Positions 1-12,041 of a stretch of DNA of 64,000 bases are shown here, piece after piece. Made by a program: the position numbers and the translations under genes. Below the pieces are notes generated by a model. That model did no database searches, was not told the DNA's origin, and saw only the letters and a list, made by a program, of their open reading frames with translations. This DNA is from Escherichia coli (GTDB lineage Bacteria > Pseudomonadota > Gammaproteobacteria > Enterobacterales > Enterobacteriaceae), in assembly GCF_009931435.1 (NCBI RefSeq), contig NZ_CP043414.1. The stretch is one strand, 5' to 3'. The first letter of the stretch is position 1. Every line of letters begins with the position of its first letter.

Positions 1-225
1 GCAGTTCTGGCGCTGATTCGCCGCACTTCCCTTTCCACATTGTTGCCAGCAGCGATTGCCACAAAACATGACGGGCTTAAAGCTATATCCCTTGCCCCAC
101 CGTTACTGGAGAGAACGGCGGTTTTGTTGCGGCGGAAAAATAGCTGGCAGACAGCCGCCGCAAAGGCATTTTTGCAAATGGCGTTGGATGAATGCGCGGT
201 TGTTGGCGGGAATGAATCACGGTAG
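1..225 (+). CDS. cynR: LysR-family regulator CynR, C-terminal part (gene begins before window start)
   Basis: Open frame 1 runs from base 1 with no stop to TAG at 223-225; its position convergent with codA matches K-12 order (codA-cynR). Identity rests on synteny and recalled C-terminal sequence. Confidence 0.55.
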   Translation, partial: AVLALIRRTSLSTLLPAAIATKHDGLKAISLAPPLLERTAVLLRRKNSWQTAAAKAFLQMALDECAVVGGNESR

Positions 226-345
226 CCGCTGACACAGGTCAGCGGCTGGAATTGCCTGATGCGCGACGCTTATCAGGCCTACGAGTTCAGTGCAAGGCGT
301 TCAAGCCGCATCCGGCATAAACTACGCTCGCTGCAACCCAGCCGA
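226..345. repeat. Intergenic hairpin plus REP-like palindromic element between cynR and codA 3' ends
   Basis: Inverted repeat GCCGCTGACACAGGTCAGCGGCTGG followed by the REP-type motif GCCTGATGCGCGACGCTTATCAGGCCTAC and ...GCCGCATCCGGCATAA. Confidence 0.5.
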
Positions 346-1629
346 TTACCGTTTGTAATCGATGGCTTCCGGCTGCTCCAGATACACGGTGGTTTGTGCC
401 GGTTGCGTGGTGGCAATCACCTTACCACCACGTACCGAATAGCGTACCGGAACCTGACGGCGCAGCGCATCAAACCCATTTTCAGCCGGCAGGATAATCA
501 GGTTAGCGCTGTTTCCGGCGACTATGCCGTAATCCTGCAAATTCAACGTCCTGGCGCTATGGTGGGTGATTAAATTCAGGCCGTCGTTAATCTGCCCGTA
601 GCCCATCAGCTGGCAAACATGCAGACCCATATGCAGCACTTGCAGCATATTCGCCGTTCCCAGTGGATACCACGGATCGAAGACATCATCGTGACCAAAA
701 CAGACGTTAATGCCGGACTCCAGCATCTCTTTAACACGCGTAATACCGCGACGTTTTGGATACGTATCGAAACGCCCTTGTAGATGAATATTGACCAGCG
801 GGTTGGCGACAAAGTTAATACCGGACATTTTCAGCAAACGGAACAGGCGCGAGGTATACGCCCCGTTATAGGAGTGCATTGCCGTGGTGTGGCTGGCGGT
901 GACTCGCGCGCCCATGCCTTCACGGTGCGCCAGGGCGGCAACGGTTTCGACAAAGCGCGACTGTTCGTCATCGATCTCATCACAGTGAACATCAATGAGA
1001 CGGTCGTATTTTTGCGCCAGGGCGAAGGTTTTATGCAGCGACTCCACGCCGTATTCGCGGGTAAATTCAAAATGCGGAATCGCCCCCACTACATCTGCCC
1101 CTAAGCGTAGCGCCTCTTCCAGCAACGCTTCACCGTTGGGATACGACAAAATCCCTTCCTGCGGGAAGGCGACGATTTGCAGATCAATCCACGGCGCGAC
1201 TTCCTGCTTCACTTCCAGCATCGCTTTTAGCGCAGTCAGGGTTGCATCCGAAACATCGACATGGGTACGCACATGCTGAATACCGTTGGCAATCTGCCAT
1301 TTCAGCGTTTGCCAGGCGCGTTGTTTCACATCGCCATGGGTTAATAATGCTTTGCGCTCGGCCCAGCGTTCAATGCCTTCAAACAGCGTGCCGGACTGAT
1401 TCCAGTTCGGTTGCCCGGCGGTTTGCGTGGTATCCAGGTGAATATGCGGCTCCACAAACGGCGGTAAAACTAAACCTTGCTCGGCATCCAGGCTGTTTTC
1501 TGTTACGGGCATCACGCCGGATTGCGCATCAATGGCGCTGATTTTTCCGTCCTGCAGATGAATCTGCCATAGCCCCTCTTTGCCGGGTAACCGGGCGTTA
1601 ATAATTGTCTGTAAAGCGTTATTCGACAC
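346..1629 (-). CDS. codA: Cytosine deaminase (metal-dependent amidohydrolase)
   Basis: Translation ...[16 protein letters not shown]...[11 protein letters not shown]... matches CodA as recalled; start placed at the GTG (V, 6th codon of the 432-aa ORF) to give 427 aa; overlaps codB stop by 11 nt. Confidence 0.93.
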   Translation of the reverse strand: MSNNALQTIINARLPGKEGLWQIHLQDGKISAIDAQSGVMPVTENSLDAEQGLVLPPFVEPHIHLDTTQTAGQPNWNQSGTLFEGIERWAERKALLTHGDVKQRAWQTLKWQIANGIQHVRTHVDVSDATLTALKAMLEVKQEVAPWIDLQIVAFPQEGILSYPNGEALLEEALRLGADVVGAIPHFEFTREYGVESLHKTFALAQKYDRLIDVHCDEIDDEQSRFVETVAALAHREGMGARVTASHTTAMHSYNGAYTSRLFRLLKMSGINFVANPLVNIHLQGRFDTYPKRRGITRVKEMLESGINVCFGHDDVFDPWYPLGTANMLQVLHMGLHVCQLMGYGQINDGLNLITHHSARTLNLQDYGIVAGNSANLIILPAENGFDALRRQVPVRYSVRGGKVIATTQPAQTTVYLEQPEAIDYKR

Positions 1630-2878
1630 TGTTAGCCTCCACATGCGTCATTGCAGCTGTCGTTTTGCGATTCAAAATCGGGTTAAGGATCAGATAACTC
1701 AGCGCGCCACCTAATACCGCGTTGACCGGAACAATGCCCGGTAACCAGTGGCCTGCGGCAATCCCCAGCGTGACCGCCAGAATCGCCACCCAATTGACAC
1801 TCATCATACGCGTGGTCGCAAAGTGCTCATAGCGGCGACGGTTCATCAGAAAGTCGGCGATGATCACGCCACCCACCGGAGGAATAGCAGCCGAAAGGAA
1901 AGTCAGCCAGCCGACAAAATTGTTATACAGCCATAGTGCGCAGACTGTGCCGATAATACCGTTGATTACCGAAAGGGTTTTGCTCGACATACCGGTAATG
2001 TTGGCGAAACCTAAACCTGACGCATACAGTGCGTTATCATTGGTGGTCCAGATATTCAGCCCCAGCACCACAATCGCGGGCAGCAGCAAGCCCTGAGCAA
2101 TCATCACATCAGAGATATCCGCCATCCCCAGTGCCGCAGCGCCTGCCGCACCGAAAATAAACATCAACGAGTTGCCGAGGAAAAAGGCCACCATCGCCAC
2201 CAGCACCGCCAGTTTGGCATTGCGACCAAAGCGGACAAAGTCAGCGGTGAGCGTACCCGCACTGATAAATGACCCCACAACCAGCGCCAGCGCGACATTG
2301 AAATCTAACGGTTGTGCGGGAACGACCGCTTTTAATGCGTTCAGGCCGCCCATGTCGTTAACGGCCAGCCATACGGAATAACCGCCAAGGCAGGCAATCG
2401 CCGGAACCGCAATCACCGAAAGTACCGTCAGCGCCGAAATGCCAAAGAAGACGGTGACGGTCATCAGTAAACCGGAAACGGCAATCAGCAAATTAATATC
2501 CAGCCCGGTTGCCTTGCCCACCGGAATAGCAAACATCGCCACGCCAACACCGAACCAGCCGACCTGAGTGCCGCCCAGCAGCAGTGAAGGCAGCCATGAG
2601 CCTTTAACACCAAACGAGAAGCGAGCAAGAAGATGGGTGGTCAGGCCGGTTTTTGCGCCAATGTAACCAAGAAATGAAGTGTAAATACCGAGGAGAAGAT
2701 TACCGATGAGGACTGCGAGGAAGAAATCATGATAGCTAAGACCGGTTCCGAGAGTGCCGCCGGTCCACATACTGGCGGAAAAGAAGGTTAATCCCAGCAT
2801 GACGAACGTCAATGCCAATACCCCTTTCCGCGCCGACTGCGGGACTGGCCCCTGGCTAAAGTTGTTATCTTGCGACAC
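1619..2878 (-). CDS. codB: Cytosine permease (NCS1 family transporter)
   Basis: 419-aa polytopic membrane protein [19 protein letters not shown]...; upstream of and overlapping codA in a codBA operon. Confidence 0.93.
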   Translation of the reverse strand: MSQDNNFSQGPVPQSARKGVLALTFVMLGLTFFSASMWTGGTLGTGLSYHDFFLAVLIGNLLLGIYTSFLGYIGAKTGLTTHLLARFSFGVKGSWLPSLLLGGTQVGWFGVGVAMFAIPVGKATGLDINLLIAVSGLLMTVTVFFGISALTVLSVIAVPAIACLGGYSVWLAVNDMGGLNALKAVVPAQPLDFNVALALVVGSFISAGTLTADFVRFGRNAKLAVLVAMVAFFLGNSLMFIFGAAGAAALGMADISDVMIAQGLLLPAIVVLGLNIWTTNDNALYASGLGFANITGMSSKTLSVINGIIGTVCALWLYNNFVGWLTFLSAAIPPVGGVIIADFLMNRRRYEHFATTRMMSVNWVAILAVTLGIAAGHWLPGIVPVNAVLGGALSYLILNPILNRKTTAAMTHVEANSVE

Positions 2879-3027
2879 GAAATTCCCCCTTTTTGCTGTT
2901 TGAAACCCAAAAAATCCGCCGCATTCTATTCATCTGAAGATAAAAAGCAATCGTTTTCGTGGGGGGGGTATATTTTTTATATGGATGAATGCGGAAAAGT
3001 GGATAAAAACTTATTTGAGAAAAAATG

Positions 3028-3375
3028 GGTACGCATGATAAGACACGCCTGCGTCGCATCAGGCATTGGTGCATGGTGTCGGATGCGGCGCGTGCGCCTT
3101 ATCCGACCTACGGTTCAGGCCTGTAGGCATGATAAGACGCGTCAGCGTCGCATCAGGCATCTGCGCACGGTGTCGGATGCGCCGCGTGCGCCTTATCCGA
3201 CCTACGGTTCAGGCCTGTAGGCATGATAAGACGCGTCAGCGTCGCATCAGGCATTGGTGCACGGTGTCGGATGCGGCGCGTGCGCCTTATCCGACCTGCG
3301 GTTCAGGCCTGTAGGCATAATAAGACGCGGTAAGCGTCGCATCAGGCATCTGCGCACGGTGTCGGACGCGCCACA
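3028..3375. repeat. REP/BIME array, about 3.5 tandem units of roughly 95 bp
   Basis: Near-identical units GATAAGACGCGTCAGCGTCGCATCAGGCAT...GGTGTCGGATGCGCCGCGTGCGCCTTATCCGACCTACGGTTCAGGCCTGTAGGCAT repeated; six-frame ORFs here show the same peptide repeated, as expected for a repeat array. Confidence 0.8.
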
Positions 3376-3394
3376 CAACACATCCGACAACACC

Positions 3395-5281
3395 TTACTC
3401 TTCCATCGCCTGGCGGATCTGATCCAACGACGCAGGATCATCAATAGTCGTCAGATCCCCCGGATCGCGTCCTTCACAAATCGCCTGGATCGTACGGCGC
3501 AGCATTTTTCCGGATCGCGTTTTCGGTAATTGCGAGACAAACCAGACGTGCGCCGGGCGACCAAAGTTGCCAATCTGGCTGTCCACCAGCGCCATAATCG
3601 CCTTCTCTTGCGAGTGCGCCACCTCGCGATCTTCCAGACTGTCGCTCTCTTTCGGAATGACAAACGCCACCGCCACCTGCCCTTTCAGCGCATCTTTCAC
3701 CCCAACCACCGCCACTTCAGCAACGCCCGGATGACTGGAGATACTCTCTTCAATCTCGCGTGTGCCAAGCCGATGCCCGGCAACATTAATCACATCGTCA
3801 GTGCGCCCGAGAATAAAGTGATAACCGTCAGCATCGCGGATGCCCCAGTCAAAGGTGGCGTACACCGGACGGGAAAACAGCGACCAGTACGTCTTCACAA
3901 AGCGGTCGTCGTCGCCCCAGATGGTCTGAATACACCCCGGGGGCAGCGGCCCTTCTACCACCAGCATCCCTTTCTCGTTGACGCCGCACGGTTCGCCGGT
4001 GACTTCATTGAGCAACTGCACGTTGTATCCATACATCGGCACGCCGGGGCTTCCCAGACGTGTCGGCCTGTCGTCCAGACCGCGAGCAATCGCCATAATC
4101 GGCCAGCCGGATTCGGTCTGCCAGTAGTTGTCGATGACCGGCACATCCAGCGTATTGCTCACCCAACTGGCAGTCGGCTCATCCAGCGGTTCTCCCGCCA
4201 GATAGAGCACTTCCAGCGACGAGAGATCGTGTTTGCGAATTTCAGCGGTAGGGAATTTTTTCAGCACGCGGATGGCGGTCGGCGCTGAGAACATCCGGCT
4301 AACCTGATATTTCTCGACGATTTTCCACCACACGCCGCAGTCAGGCCAGGTCGGTAATCCTTCGTAAACGATAGTCGCCATCCCCGCCAGCAGCGGCGCG
4401 TAGACGATATACGAATGCCCCACTACCCAGCCGATATCCGACGCACAGAAGAACACACCGCCCGCTTTGCCACCAAAAATGGTGTCCATTGAGGTCGCCA
4501 GCGCCACCGCATAACCGCCGACGTCACGCTGTACACCTTTTGGTTTGCCGGTCGTGCCGGAGGTGTAGAGAATGCAGGAGGTTTCGTTGGATTCCAGCCA
4601 CGCCACCGGCACCCGCGCGCCGATGTGCTGATGGCGCAATGACGCGAAATCGACATCCCGTCCGGTAACGCGCGCCATTTTCGCCAGCCCGCGATCCACC
4701 AGCAAAACGTGGCGCGGCTGATGCTGCGCCTGACTTATCGCATCGTCGAGCAATTTTTTATAAGGAATGATTTTGCCACCGCGCGCTCCGGCATCTGCCG
4801 AGACAATCAGCACCGGTTTAGCGTCATCAATCCGCGCAGCCACGCTGTGCGAGGCAAATCCACCAAACACTACCGAGTGAATAGCGCCAATGCGCGCGCA
4901 GGCCAGCAGGGTAATATGCGCTTCGGCAATCATCGGCATATACACCAGCACCCGATCGCCACGCTGCACGCCCAGTGAGCGCAGCATTGACGCCACCGCG
5001 TTCACTTCGTCATGCAACTGGCGAAAGGTAAAGGTGCGCTCTTCTTCTGTTTCCGAAGAGACGGCAATCAGCGCCAGCGCCTCTGGCTGTTTCTCCAGCC
5101 AGCGGTCGATGGCGTTGTGGCACAAATTGGTTCGGCCTTCACAAAACCAACGGGCAAACGGCGGATTGCTGTGATCGAGCGTTTGCGTAAAGGGCGTCTG
5201 CCAGTCAATACGCCGGGCCTGCTCGGCCCAGAATTGCTCCGGTTCGTTAATCGAACGCTGATAAAATTCGCTAAAAGACAT
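3395..5281 (-). CDS. prpE: Propionyl-CoA synthetase (acyl-CoA synthetase family, AMP-forming)
   Basis: 628-aa ORF with the AMP-binding motif YTSGTTGKPKGV; last gene of the prpBCDE order. Confidence 0.93.
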   Translation of the reverse strand: MSFSEFYQRSINEPEQFWAEQARRIDWQTPFTQTLDHSNPPFARWFCEGRTNLCHNAIDRWLEKQPEALALIAVSSETEEERTFTFRQLHDEVNAVASMLRSLGVQRGDRVLVYMPMIAEAHITLLACARIGAIHSVVFGGFASHSVAARIDDAKPVLIVSADAGARGGKIIPYKKLLDDAISQAQHQPRHVLLVDRGLAKMARVTGRDVDFASLRHQHIGARVPVAWLESNETSCILYTSGTTGKPKGVQRDVGGYAVALATSMDTIFGGKAGGVFFCASDIGWVVGHSYIVYAPLLAGMATIVYEGLPTWPDCGVWWKIVEKYQVSRMFSAPTAIRVLKKFPTAEIRKHDLSSLEVLYLAGEPLDEPTASWVSNTLDVPVIDNYWQTESGWPIMAIARGLDDRPTRLGSPGVPMYGYNVQLLNEVTGEPCGVNEKGMLVVEGPLPPGCIQTIWGDDDRFVKTYWSLFSRPVYATFDWGIRDADGYHFILGRTDDVINVAGHRLGTREIEESISSHPGVAEVAVVGVKDALKGQVAVAFVIPKESDSLEDREVAHSQEKAIMALVDSQIGNFGRPAHVWFVSQLPKTRSGKMLRRTIQAICEGRDPGDLTTIDDPASLDQIRQAMEE

Positions 5282-5320
5282 AATGCTCTCCTGTTGAACT
5301 TACGCCTTACCGCCGTTTAC

Positions 5321-6772
5321 TTAAATGACGTACAGGTCGAGATACTCATTGACCGGCATCTGTTCCAGGCGAGTTCTGTCGAGAGAAACCTCCAGAATGC
5401 GCTGCTGTTGGCGAGTCGGGAACTGGCGCGCGAGATTGATTTTGAATTTATCCACCAGCTTCGGAATGCCATCCTGACGGCGGCGAGCATGACCAATTGG
5501 GTACTCCACCACCACTTCTTCAAATCGCGTACCGTCGGTAAACTCAAGGGTTATGGCATTGGCGATGGCGCGTTTTTCAGGATCGTGGTAGTCAGCGGTA
5601 AATGCCGGATCTTCAAAGCAATTGATCTTCTCGCGCAGGGCGTCGATGCGTTTATCTTGCGCGACGTTGTCTTCGTAATCTGCTGCCGTTAAGCGCCCGA
5701 ACAGCAGTGGGATCGCCACCATATACTGAATGCAGTGGTCGCGGTCAGCCGGGTTATTGAGCGGCCCTTTTTTGTCGATGATGCGAATACAGGCTTCGTG
5801 GGTGCGAATGGTCACTTTTTCGATATCTGCCGCCGTTTTGCCTGCTGCCTGCATCTGTTCATAGAGCGTCATCGCCGCTTCAACTGCCGTCTGGGAGTGG
5901 AACTCAGCCGGGAAGGAGATTTTGAACAGCACATTTTCCATGACGTAAGAACCGTACGGGCGCTGGAAGCGGAACGATTCACCTTTAAAGGAGACGTCGT
6001 AGAAGCCCCATACCGGCGCGGTCAGGGCTGACGGGTAACCCATTTCGCCCGTTTTCGCCATCAGTGCCAGACGTACCGCGCGGGAAGTGGCATCGCCCGC
6101 CGCCCAGGATTTACGCGTGCCGGTGTTCGGCGCATGGCGATAGGTGCGCAGCGACTGACCGTCCACCCACGCCAGCGAAACGGCGTTGAGAATTTCCTCG
6201 CGGGTCAGGCCGAGCATTTCGGCGACCACGGCGGTGGAAGCCACTTTCACTAACAGAACGTGGTCGAGGCCAACGCGGTTAAAGGAGTTTTCCAGCGCGA
6301 TGCAGCCCTGAATTTCATGGGCTTTAATCATTCCGGTCAGCACCTGTTTCATGGTCAACGGCGCTTTGCCGCTGGCGACCGCGTTGCGCGAAAGCCAGTC
6401 CGCCGTTGCCAGAATGCCGCCGAGGTTGTCGGAAGGATGGCCCCACTCCGCCGCCAGCCAGGTATCGTTGAAATCAAGCCAGCGGATCATCGCGCCGATG
6501 TTAAATGCCGCCTGGACGGGGTCGAGCTGGAACTGAGTTCCGGGGACGCGCACGCCGTTAGGTACGACGGTGCCAGGAACAATTGGCCCCAGCAGTTTTT
6601 TACAGGCCGGGTATTCGAGAGCTTCCAGACCGCAGCCAAGGGTGTCGAGCAGGCAGTAATGGGCGGTGTCGTAGGCCACTCTGGAGCTGATTTCGTAGTT
6701 CATGACGTAATCGACGATATCAACGATTTCACGATCAAATTCCGGACGGATGTTGTTGATTTGAGCTGACAT
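5321..6772 (-). CDS. prpD: 2-methylcitrate dehydratase
   Basis: 483-aa ORF of the MmgE/PrpD type; position between prpC and prpE. Confidence 0.93.
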   Translation of the reverse strand: MSAQINNIRPEFDREIVDIVDYVMNYEISSRVAYDTAHYCLLDTLGCGLEALEYPACKKLLGPIVPGTVVPNGVRVPGTQFQLDPVQAAFNIGAMIRWLDFNDTWLAAEWGHPSDNLGGILATADWLSRNAVASGKAPLTMKQVLTGMIKAHEIQGCIALENSFNRVGLDHVLLVKVASTAVVAEMLGLTREEILNAVSLAWVDGQSLRTYRHAPNTGTRKSWAAGDATSRAVRLALMAKTGEMGYPSALTAPVWGFYDVSFKGESFRFQRPYGSYVMENVLFKISFPAEFHSQTAVEAAMTLYEQMQAAGKTAADIEKVTIRTHEACIRIIDKKGPLNNPADRDHCIQYMVAIPLLFGRLTAADYEDNVAQDKRIDALREKINCFEDPAFTADYHDPEKRAIANAITLEFTDGTRFEEVVVEYPIGHARRRQDGIPKLVDKFKINLARQFPTRQQQRILEVSLDRTRLEQMPVNEYLDLYVI

Positions 6773-6805
6773 TGGGTACGTTTCCTTCTTGTTATTCGTA
6801 GAGGT

Positions 6806-7975
6806 TTACTGGCGCTTATCCAGCGCGACAAACGGGCGGTCTTCAGGGCCAACATAATTGGCGGAAGGACGGATAATTTTGTTGTCCTGACGTTGTTCGA
6901 TAATGTGCGCCGCCCAGCCGGTGACGCGGGCGATAACAAACAGTGGCGTGAACATCTCGGTGGGAACGCCCATCATGTTGTAGGAAACAGCGGAGAACCA
7001 GTCGAGATTGGGGAACATCTTTTTGCTCTCCCACATCACCGTTTCCAGACGATCGGCGATGTTGTACATCTTCAGCGAGCCGCCTTCCTGCGAGAGCTGC
7101 TTCGCCACGCGTTTGATCACCTGATGACGCGGGTCAGCGATGGTATAAACCGGATGTCCAAAACCAATCACCACTTCTTTGTTTTCCACGCGCTTGCGGA
7201 TATCGGCTTCGGCTTCGTCCGGCGTTTCGTAACGTTGCTGGATCTCCAGCGACACTTCATTCGCCCCGCCGTGTTTCGGCCCGCGCAGTGCGCCAATCGC
7301 GCCGATAATGGCTGAATACATGTCAGAGCCGGTGCCCGCAATCACCCGGCTGGTAAAGGTGGAGGCGTTAAACTCGTGTTCGGCGTACAGCACCAGCGAA
7401 ATATGCATCGCCTTTTCCCAGCTTTGCGACGGCTTTTCGCCGTGCAGCAAATGCAGGAAGTGACCGCCGATGGAATCGTCATCGGTTTCCGGCTGGATGC
7501 GTTCGCCGTTGTGGCTGTAGTGATACCAGTAGAGAAGAATCGAGCTCAGCGACGCTAATAATTTGTCGGCAATATCCCGCGCGCCAGAGACGGTATGCCC
7601 CTCTTTTTCTGGCAGCGTGCAGCCGAGCGCGGAAACGCCGGTGCGCATGACATCCATCGGATGCGACGCCGCTGGTAAGGCTTCCAGCACGGTACGCACG
7701 TTAGCCGGTAAACCGCGCAGGGCTTTCAGTTTCGTTTTGTAGGCGGCGAGTTCGTCACGGGTCGGCAGTTTGCCGTGGATCAGCAGATGCGCCACTTCTT
7801 CAAATTCGCAATGTTCCGCCAGATCAAGAATATCGTAGCCGCGGTAATGCAGGTCATTGCCACTTTTACCCACGGTGCAGAGCGCCGTATTGCCCGCCGG
7901 AACGCCAGAAAGTGCCACAGATTTTTTCGGTTTAATGACATGGGTGCTGTTTTGCAGGATCGTTGTATCGCTCAT
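6806..7975 (-). CDS. prpC: 2-methylcitrate synthase (citrate synthase family)
   Basis: 389-aa ORF of the citrate-synthase type; synteny. Confidence 0.93.
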   Translation of the reverse strand: MSDTTILQNSTHVIKPKKSVALSGVPAGNTALCTVGKSGNDLHYRGYDILDLAEHCEFEEVAHLLIHGKLPTRDELAAYKTKLKALRGLPANVRTVLEALPAASHPMDVMRTGVSALGCTLPEKEGHTVSGARDIADKLLASLSSILLYWYHYSHNGERIQPETDDDSIGGHFLHLLHGEKPSQSWEKAMHISLVLYAEHEFNASTFTSRVIAGTGSDMYSAIIGAIGALRGPKHGGANEVSLEIQQRYETPDEAEADIRKRVENKEVVIGFGHPVYTIADPRHQVIKRVAKQLSQEGGSLKMYNIADRLETVMWESKKMFPNLDWFSAVSYNMMGVPTEMFTPLFVIARVTGWAAHIIEQRQDNKIIRPSANYVGPEDRPFVALDKRQ

Positions 7976-7999
7976 GTTGTCCTCGTCATTGTTATCATT

Positions 8000-8115
8000 T
8001 GTAGGGTCGAGATTGTTGTCGGATGCGACGCTATGCGTCTTATCCGACCTACAGTTCAGTTCATCCCGTAGGCCTGATAAGCCGCGTCAGCGACGCATCA
8101 GGCATCGGTTGTCGG
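8000..8115. repeat. REP element between prpC and prpB
   Basis: GGATGCGACGCTATGCGTCTTATCCGACCTACAG ... GTAGGCCTGATAAGCCGCGTCAGCGACGCATCAGGCATCGG palindromic REP motifs. Confidence 0.7.
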
Positions 8116-8135
8116 ATACAACCAAAGGGCGTTTT

Positions 8136-9026
8136 TTATTTCGCCTGGTTACGGGCAAACAGGTCGTCGAGCTTCTCTTCGTACTGGTAGTAGTTGATGC
8201 TTTCATACAGCTCGTTGCGGGTCTGCATGGTGTCGATGACGCTTTTCTGCGTACCTTCCTGGCGCAGGACGTTGTAGACATGTTCAGCGGCGCGGTTCAT
8301 GGCGCGGAAAGCAGAAAGGGGATACAGCGCCATTGCGACATGGGCGCTGCGTAATTCGTCGGTGGTAAACAGCGGTGTTGCGCCAAACTCGGTAATGTTG
8401 GCAAGGATTGGCACCTGCACTGCATCGGCAAACTGGCGGTACATAGCGAGTTCGGTAATTGCTTCCGGGAACAACATCTCGGCACCCGCTTCAACATAGG
8501 CCTGCGCACGCTCGATCGCCGCATCCAGCCCTTCAACCGCCAGCGCATCGGTGCGCGCCATGATCACAAAATCAGGATCGGTTTTCGCATCCACCGCCGC
8601 GCGGATCCGATCCACCATCTCTTCTTTCGAGACGATCGCTTTGTTCGGGCGATGACCGCAGCGTTTTGCTCCAACCTGATCTTCAATATGTAAGCCCGCC
8701 GCACCGGCTTTAATCATCGATTTCACGGTGCGGGCAACGTTAAAGGCCGAAGAGCCAAAACCGATATCCGCATCCACCAGCAGCGGCAGCGAGCAGACGT
8801 CAGTGATACGACGAATATCAGTCAGCACATCATCAAGAGTAGAAATACCGAGATCCGGCAACCCCAGCGAACCTGCCGCCACGCCACCACCGGAGAGATA
8901 AATCGCCTGATATCCGGCACGCTGCGCCAGCAGCGCATGGTTGGCGTTAATGGTGCCGACAATCTGCAATGGATTTTCTTTAGACAGTGCAGCGCGAAAT
9001 GCTTTACCTGGAGAGTGTAGAGACAT
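8136..9026 (-). CDS. prpB: 2-methylisocitrate lyase (PEP mutase/isocitrate lyase superfamily)
   Basis: 296-aa [37 protein letters not shown]...; first gene of prpBCDE. Confidence 0.93.
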   Translation of the reverse strand: MSLHSPGKAFRAALSKENPLQIVGTINANHALLAQRAGYQAIYLSGGGVAAGSLGLPDLGISTLDDVLTDIRRITDVCSLPLLVDADIGFGSSAFNVARTVKSMIKAGAAGLHIEDQVGAKRCGHRPNKAIVSKEEMVDRIRAAVDAKTDPDFVIMARTDALAVEGLDAAIERAQAYVEAGAEMLFPEAITELAMYRQFADAVQVPILANITEFGATPLFTTDELRSAHVAMALYPLSAFRAMNRAAEHVYNVLRQEGTQKSVIDTMQTRNELYESINYYQYEEKLDDLFARNQAK

Positions 9027-9061
9027 AGCCCATCCTTTGTTATCAACTTGTTATTTGCGTT

Positions 9062-9079
9062 GATAAAGACAAAGCAAGG
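9062..9079 (-). promoter_or_regulatory. Candidate sigma-54 (-24/-12) promoter for prpBCDE
   Basis: The minus strand reads TGGCAT-ACCCC-TTGCT, ending about 35 nt upstream of the prpB ATG; consistent with the sigma-54-dependent activator PrpR encoded divergently. Confidence 0.55.
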
Positions 9080-9264
9080 GGTATGCCACAATTGCTTGAA
9101 TAAAATTAAATGTTTAATTTCAATTTGTTAGAGATAAAATCATGAAGTAATCCGCAAATATGCGTTTCAGTTAACGTTTCAGGCAATGTTTCTCTGCGTT
9201 TCATTGCAACAATTATGAAACAAGACTAAACCCAATATTCGGTTTCTTAACTTTGCGGTGCGCT

Positions 9265-10851
9265 ATGGCACATCCACCACGGCTGAATGACGACAAACCG
9301 GTTATCTGGACGGTATCTGTAACGCGGCTGTTCGAGCTATTTCGCGATATCAGTCTCGAGTTTGATCACCTGGCAAACATTACCCCTATCCAGCTTGGCT
9401 TTGAAAAAGCGGTGGCCTACATCCGCAAAAAACTGGCCAGCGAACGCTGCGACGCCATCATTGCCGCTGGCTCTAACGGCGCGTACCTGAAAAGCCGCCT
9501 GTCGGTACCGGTGATTCTGATAAAACCGAGTGGCTATGATGTGTTACAGGCACTAGCAAAAGCCGGAAAACTCACCTCTTCTATCGGCGTTGTCACCTAT
9601 CAGGAAACCATTCCGGCACTGGTAGCGTTTCAAAAAACCTTTAATTTGCGCCTCGACCAACGTAGCTACATTACCGAAGAAGACGCACGTGGGCAGATTA
9701 ACGAGCTAAAAGCCAACGGCACCGAAGCGGTGGTCGGCGCGGGGCTGATTACCGATCTGGCGGAAGAAGCCGGAATGACCGGAATTTTTATCTATTCTGC
9801 CGCCACCGTGCGCCAGGCATTTAGCGATGCGCTGGATATGACGCGCATGTCGTTACGCCATAATACTCACGATGCCACCCGCAACGCCCTGCGTACTCGT
9901 TACGTGCTGGGCGATATGCTCGGTCAATCACCACAGATGGAACAGGTACGGCAGACTATTTTGCTGTATGCCCGCTCCAGTGCGGCGGTGTTGATTGAAG
10001 GGGAAACGGGGACGGGCAAAGAGCTGGCGGCCCAGGCGATTCATCGGGAATATTTTGCCCGCCACGATGCGCGACAGGGCAAAAAGTCGCATCCTTTTGT
10101 TGCCGTCAACTGCGGGGCGATTGCTGAATCTCTGCTGGAAGCGGAGCTGTTTGGCTATGAGGAAGGAGCGTTTACCGGCTCGCGACGCGGAGGCCGCGCC
10201 GGGCTGTTTGAAATCGCCCACGGTGGCACGCTGTTTCTTGACGAGATAGGCGAAATGCCGCTGCCGTTGCAGACCCGGCTGCTGCGGGTGCTGGAAGAAA
10301 AAGAGGTCACCCGCGTCGGCGGGCATCAGCCTGTTCCGGTGGATGTGCGGGTTATTAGCGCCACTCACTGCAATCTCGAAGAGGATATGCAGCAAGGGCG
10401 TTTTCGCCGTGATCTGTTTTATCGACTGAGTATTTTGCGTCTGCAATTGCCGCCGCTACGCGAGCGGGCGGCGGATATTCTGCAGCTGGCGGAAAGCTTT
10501 TTGAAAGTGTCACTGGCGGCACTTACTGCGCCGTTTTCTTCCGCGTTACGTCAGGGATTACAGGCAAGTGAAACTGTGCTGTTGCGCTACAACTGGCCGG
10601 GAAATATTCGTGAACTGCGCAATATGATGGAACGACTGGCGCTATTTTTAAGTGTGGAACCGACGCCGGATTTAACGCCGCAATTTTTGCAGTTGCTACT
10701 GCCGGAACTGGCGCGCGAGTCGGCGGAAACTCCCGGTCCATGCTTACTGACGCCACAACAGGCACTGGAGAAATTTAATGGCGATAAAACAGCCGCGGCG
10801 AATTATTTAGGTATCAGCCGAACGACATTCTGGCGGCGGCTGAAAAACTGA
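9265..10851 (+). CDS. prpR: Sigma-54-dependent transcriptional activator of the prp operon
   Basis: AAA+ sigma-54 activator motifs ([14 protein letters not shown]) and a C-terminal HTH; start placed at MAHPP (5th codon of the 532-aa ORF) to give 528 aa. Confidence 0.9.
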   Translation: MAHPPRLNDDKPVIWTVSVTRLFELFRDISLEFDHLANITPIQLGFEKAVAYIRKKLASERCDAIIAAGSNGAYLKSRLSVPVILIKPSGYDVLQALAKAGKLTSSIGVVTYQETIPALVAFQKTFNLRLDQRSYITEEDARGQINELKANGTEAVVGAGLITDLAEEAGMTGIFIYSAATVRQAFSDALDMTRMSLRHNTHDATRNALRTRYVLGDMLGQSPQMEQVRQTILLYARSSAAVLIEGETGTGKELAAQAIHREYFARHDARQGKKSHPFVAVNCGAIAESLLEAELFGYEEGAFTGSRRGGRAGLFEIAHGGTLFLDEIGEMPLPLQTRLLRVLEEKEVTRVGGHQPVPVDVRVISATHCNLEEDMQQGRFRRDLFYRLSILRLQLPPLRERAADILQLAESFLKVSLAALTAPFSSALRQGLQASETVLLRYNWPGNIRELRNMMERLALFLSVEPTPDLTPQFLQLLLPELARESAETPGPCLLTPQQALEKFNGDKTAAANYLGISRTTFWRRLKN

Positions 10852-10861
10852 AATGCCGAAT

Positions 10862-10935
10862 CCAGCGCGAACGCCTTATCCGGCATAAATTTCAATAGAT
10901 GATCACCGATAAACTTACGCATCGGGCATGTTTAC
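10862..10935. repeat. REP-like element downstream of prpR
   Basis: GCGAACGCCTTATCCGGCATAAA ... CGCATCGGGCA partial REP palindrome. Confidence 0.4.
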
Positions 10936-10948
10936 ATGGGGTGCAGAA

Positions 10949-11224
10949 TTATTTCTTCTTATAAATATTTGCCGTGCCGTGGATCTTATTGTCAGTTTGA
11001 CCAGAGGTCAGCACCAACACATCTGCCCCTTTTTCATCCGCTTTTTTGATCAGATCTTCTTTCGCATCTGCAGTCGACATTTCATTACTGGTTGAAATAT
11101 CACCTATTTTTTCATATTGCGATGCAACTTTTTCAAATTCTGCTTTGGTCATTAATTCTGCGGCATAAACGTTGGTAACGGCAAACGCTAACGCACCGAT
11201 TAACATTTTAGAGATTATTTTCAT
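10949..11224 (-). CDS. yahO: Small periplasmic protein (YahO-like, DUF1471 type)
   Basis: 91-aa ORF with signal peptide [21 protein letters not shown]; synteny next to prpR. Confidence 0.75.
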   Translation of the reverse strand: MKIISKMLIGALAFAVTNVYAAELMTKAEFEKVASQYEKIGDISTSNEMSTADAKEDLIKKADEKGADVLVLTSGQTDNKIHGTANIYKKK

Positions 11225-11408
11225 ATTACGGCTCCAGAGTTGTTATCAAACTATCACCCACCCATATTATTGGGTTGATTAATAATTAGTTCAGTCAGGG
11301 CATAAACGCCAGTAACCGGAAATAAGACACTTTGTGATCTCTCTCGCATCCGATTACTTTTTGTAGAAATATGATGAAGTTACTTCACTTATTTATGGAT
11401 GAAATCAC

Positions 11409-12041
11409 ATGGATCCCTTGCACGCCGTTTACCTGACCGTAGGACTGTTCGTGATGACTTTTTTTAATCCGGGAGCCAATCTTTTTGTGGTGGTACAAAC
11501 CAGCCTGGCTTCCGGTCGACGCGCAGGAGTGCTGACCGGGTTGGGCGTGGCACTGGGCGATGCGTTTTATTCCGGGTTGGGTTTGTATGGTCTTGCGACA
11601 CTCATTACGCAGTGTGAGGAGATTTTTTCGCTTATTAGAATCGTCGGCGGCGCTTATCTCTTATGGTTTGCGTGGTGCAGCATGCGCCGCCAGTCAACAC
11701 CGCAAATAAGCACACTACAACAACCGATTAGCGCCCCCTGGTATGTCTTTTTTCGCCGTGGATTAATTACCGATCTCTCTAATCCACAGACCGTTTTATT
11801 TTTTATCAGTATTTTCTCAGTAACGTTAAATGCTGAAACACCAACTTGGGCACGTTTAATGGCCTGGGCGGGAATTGTGTTCGCATCAATTATCTGGCGA
11901 GTCTTTCTTAGTCAGGCGTTTTCTTTGCCCGCTGTGCGTCGTGCTTATGGGCGTATGCAACGCGTTGCCAGTCGGGTTATTGGTGCAATTATTGGTGTAT
12001 TCGCGCTACGCCTGATTTACGAAGGAGTAACGCAGCGGTGA
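11409..12041 (+). CDS. yahN: LysE/RhtB-family amino-acid exporter-like membrane protein
   Basis: 210-aa hydrophobic ORF; synteny. Start uncertain: an in-frame TGA lies immediately upstream of the ATG, and a short ORF in another frame precedes it. Confidence 0.65.
   Translation: MDPLHAVYLTVGLFVMTFFNPGANLFVVVQTSLASGRRAGVLTGLGVALGDAFYSGLGLYGLATLITQCEEIFSLIRIVGGAYLLWFAWCSMRRQSTPQISTLQQPISAPWYVFFRRGLITDLSNPQTVLFFISIFSVTLNAETPTWARLMAWAGIVFASIIWRVFLSQAFSLPAVRRAYGRMQRVASRVIGAIIGVFALRLIYEGVTQR

Noticed and set aside
11368-11435. Short upstream ORF in another frame (MMKLLHLFMDEITWIPCTPFT*) overlapping the yahN start
   Set aside because: Cannot tell from sequence alone whether this is the true N-terminus joined by a frameshift or sequencing difference, or a coincidental frame; the 210-aa frame has full membrane-protein character, so only that was annotated.
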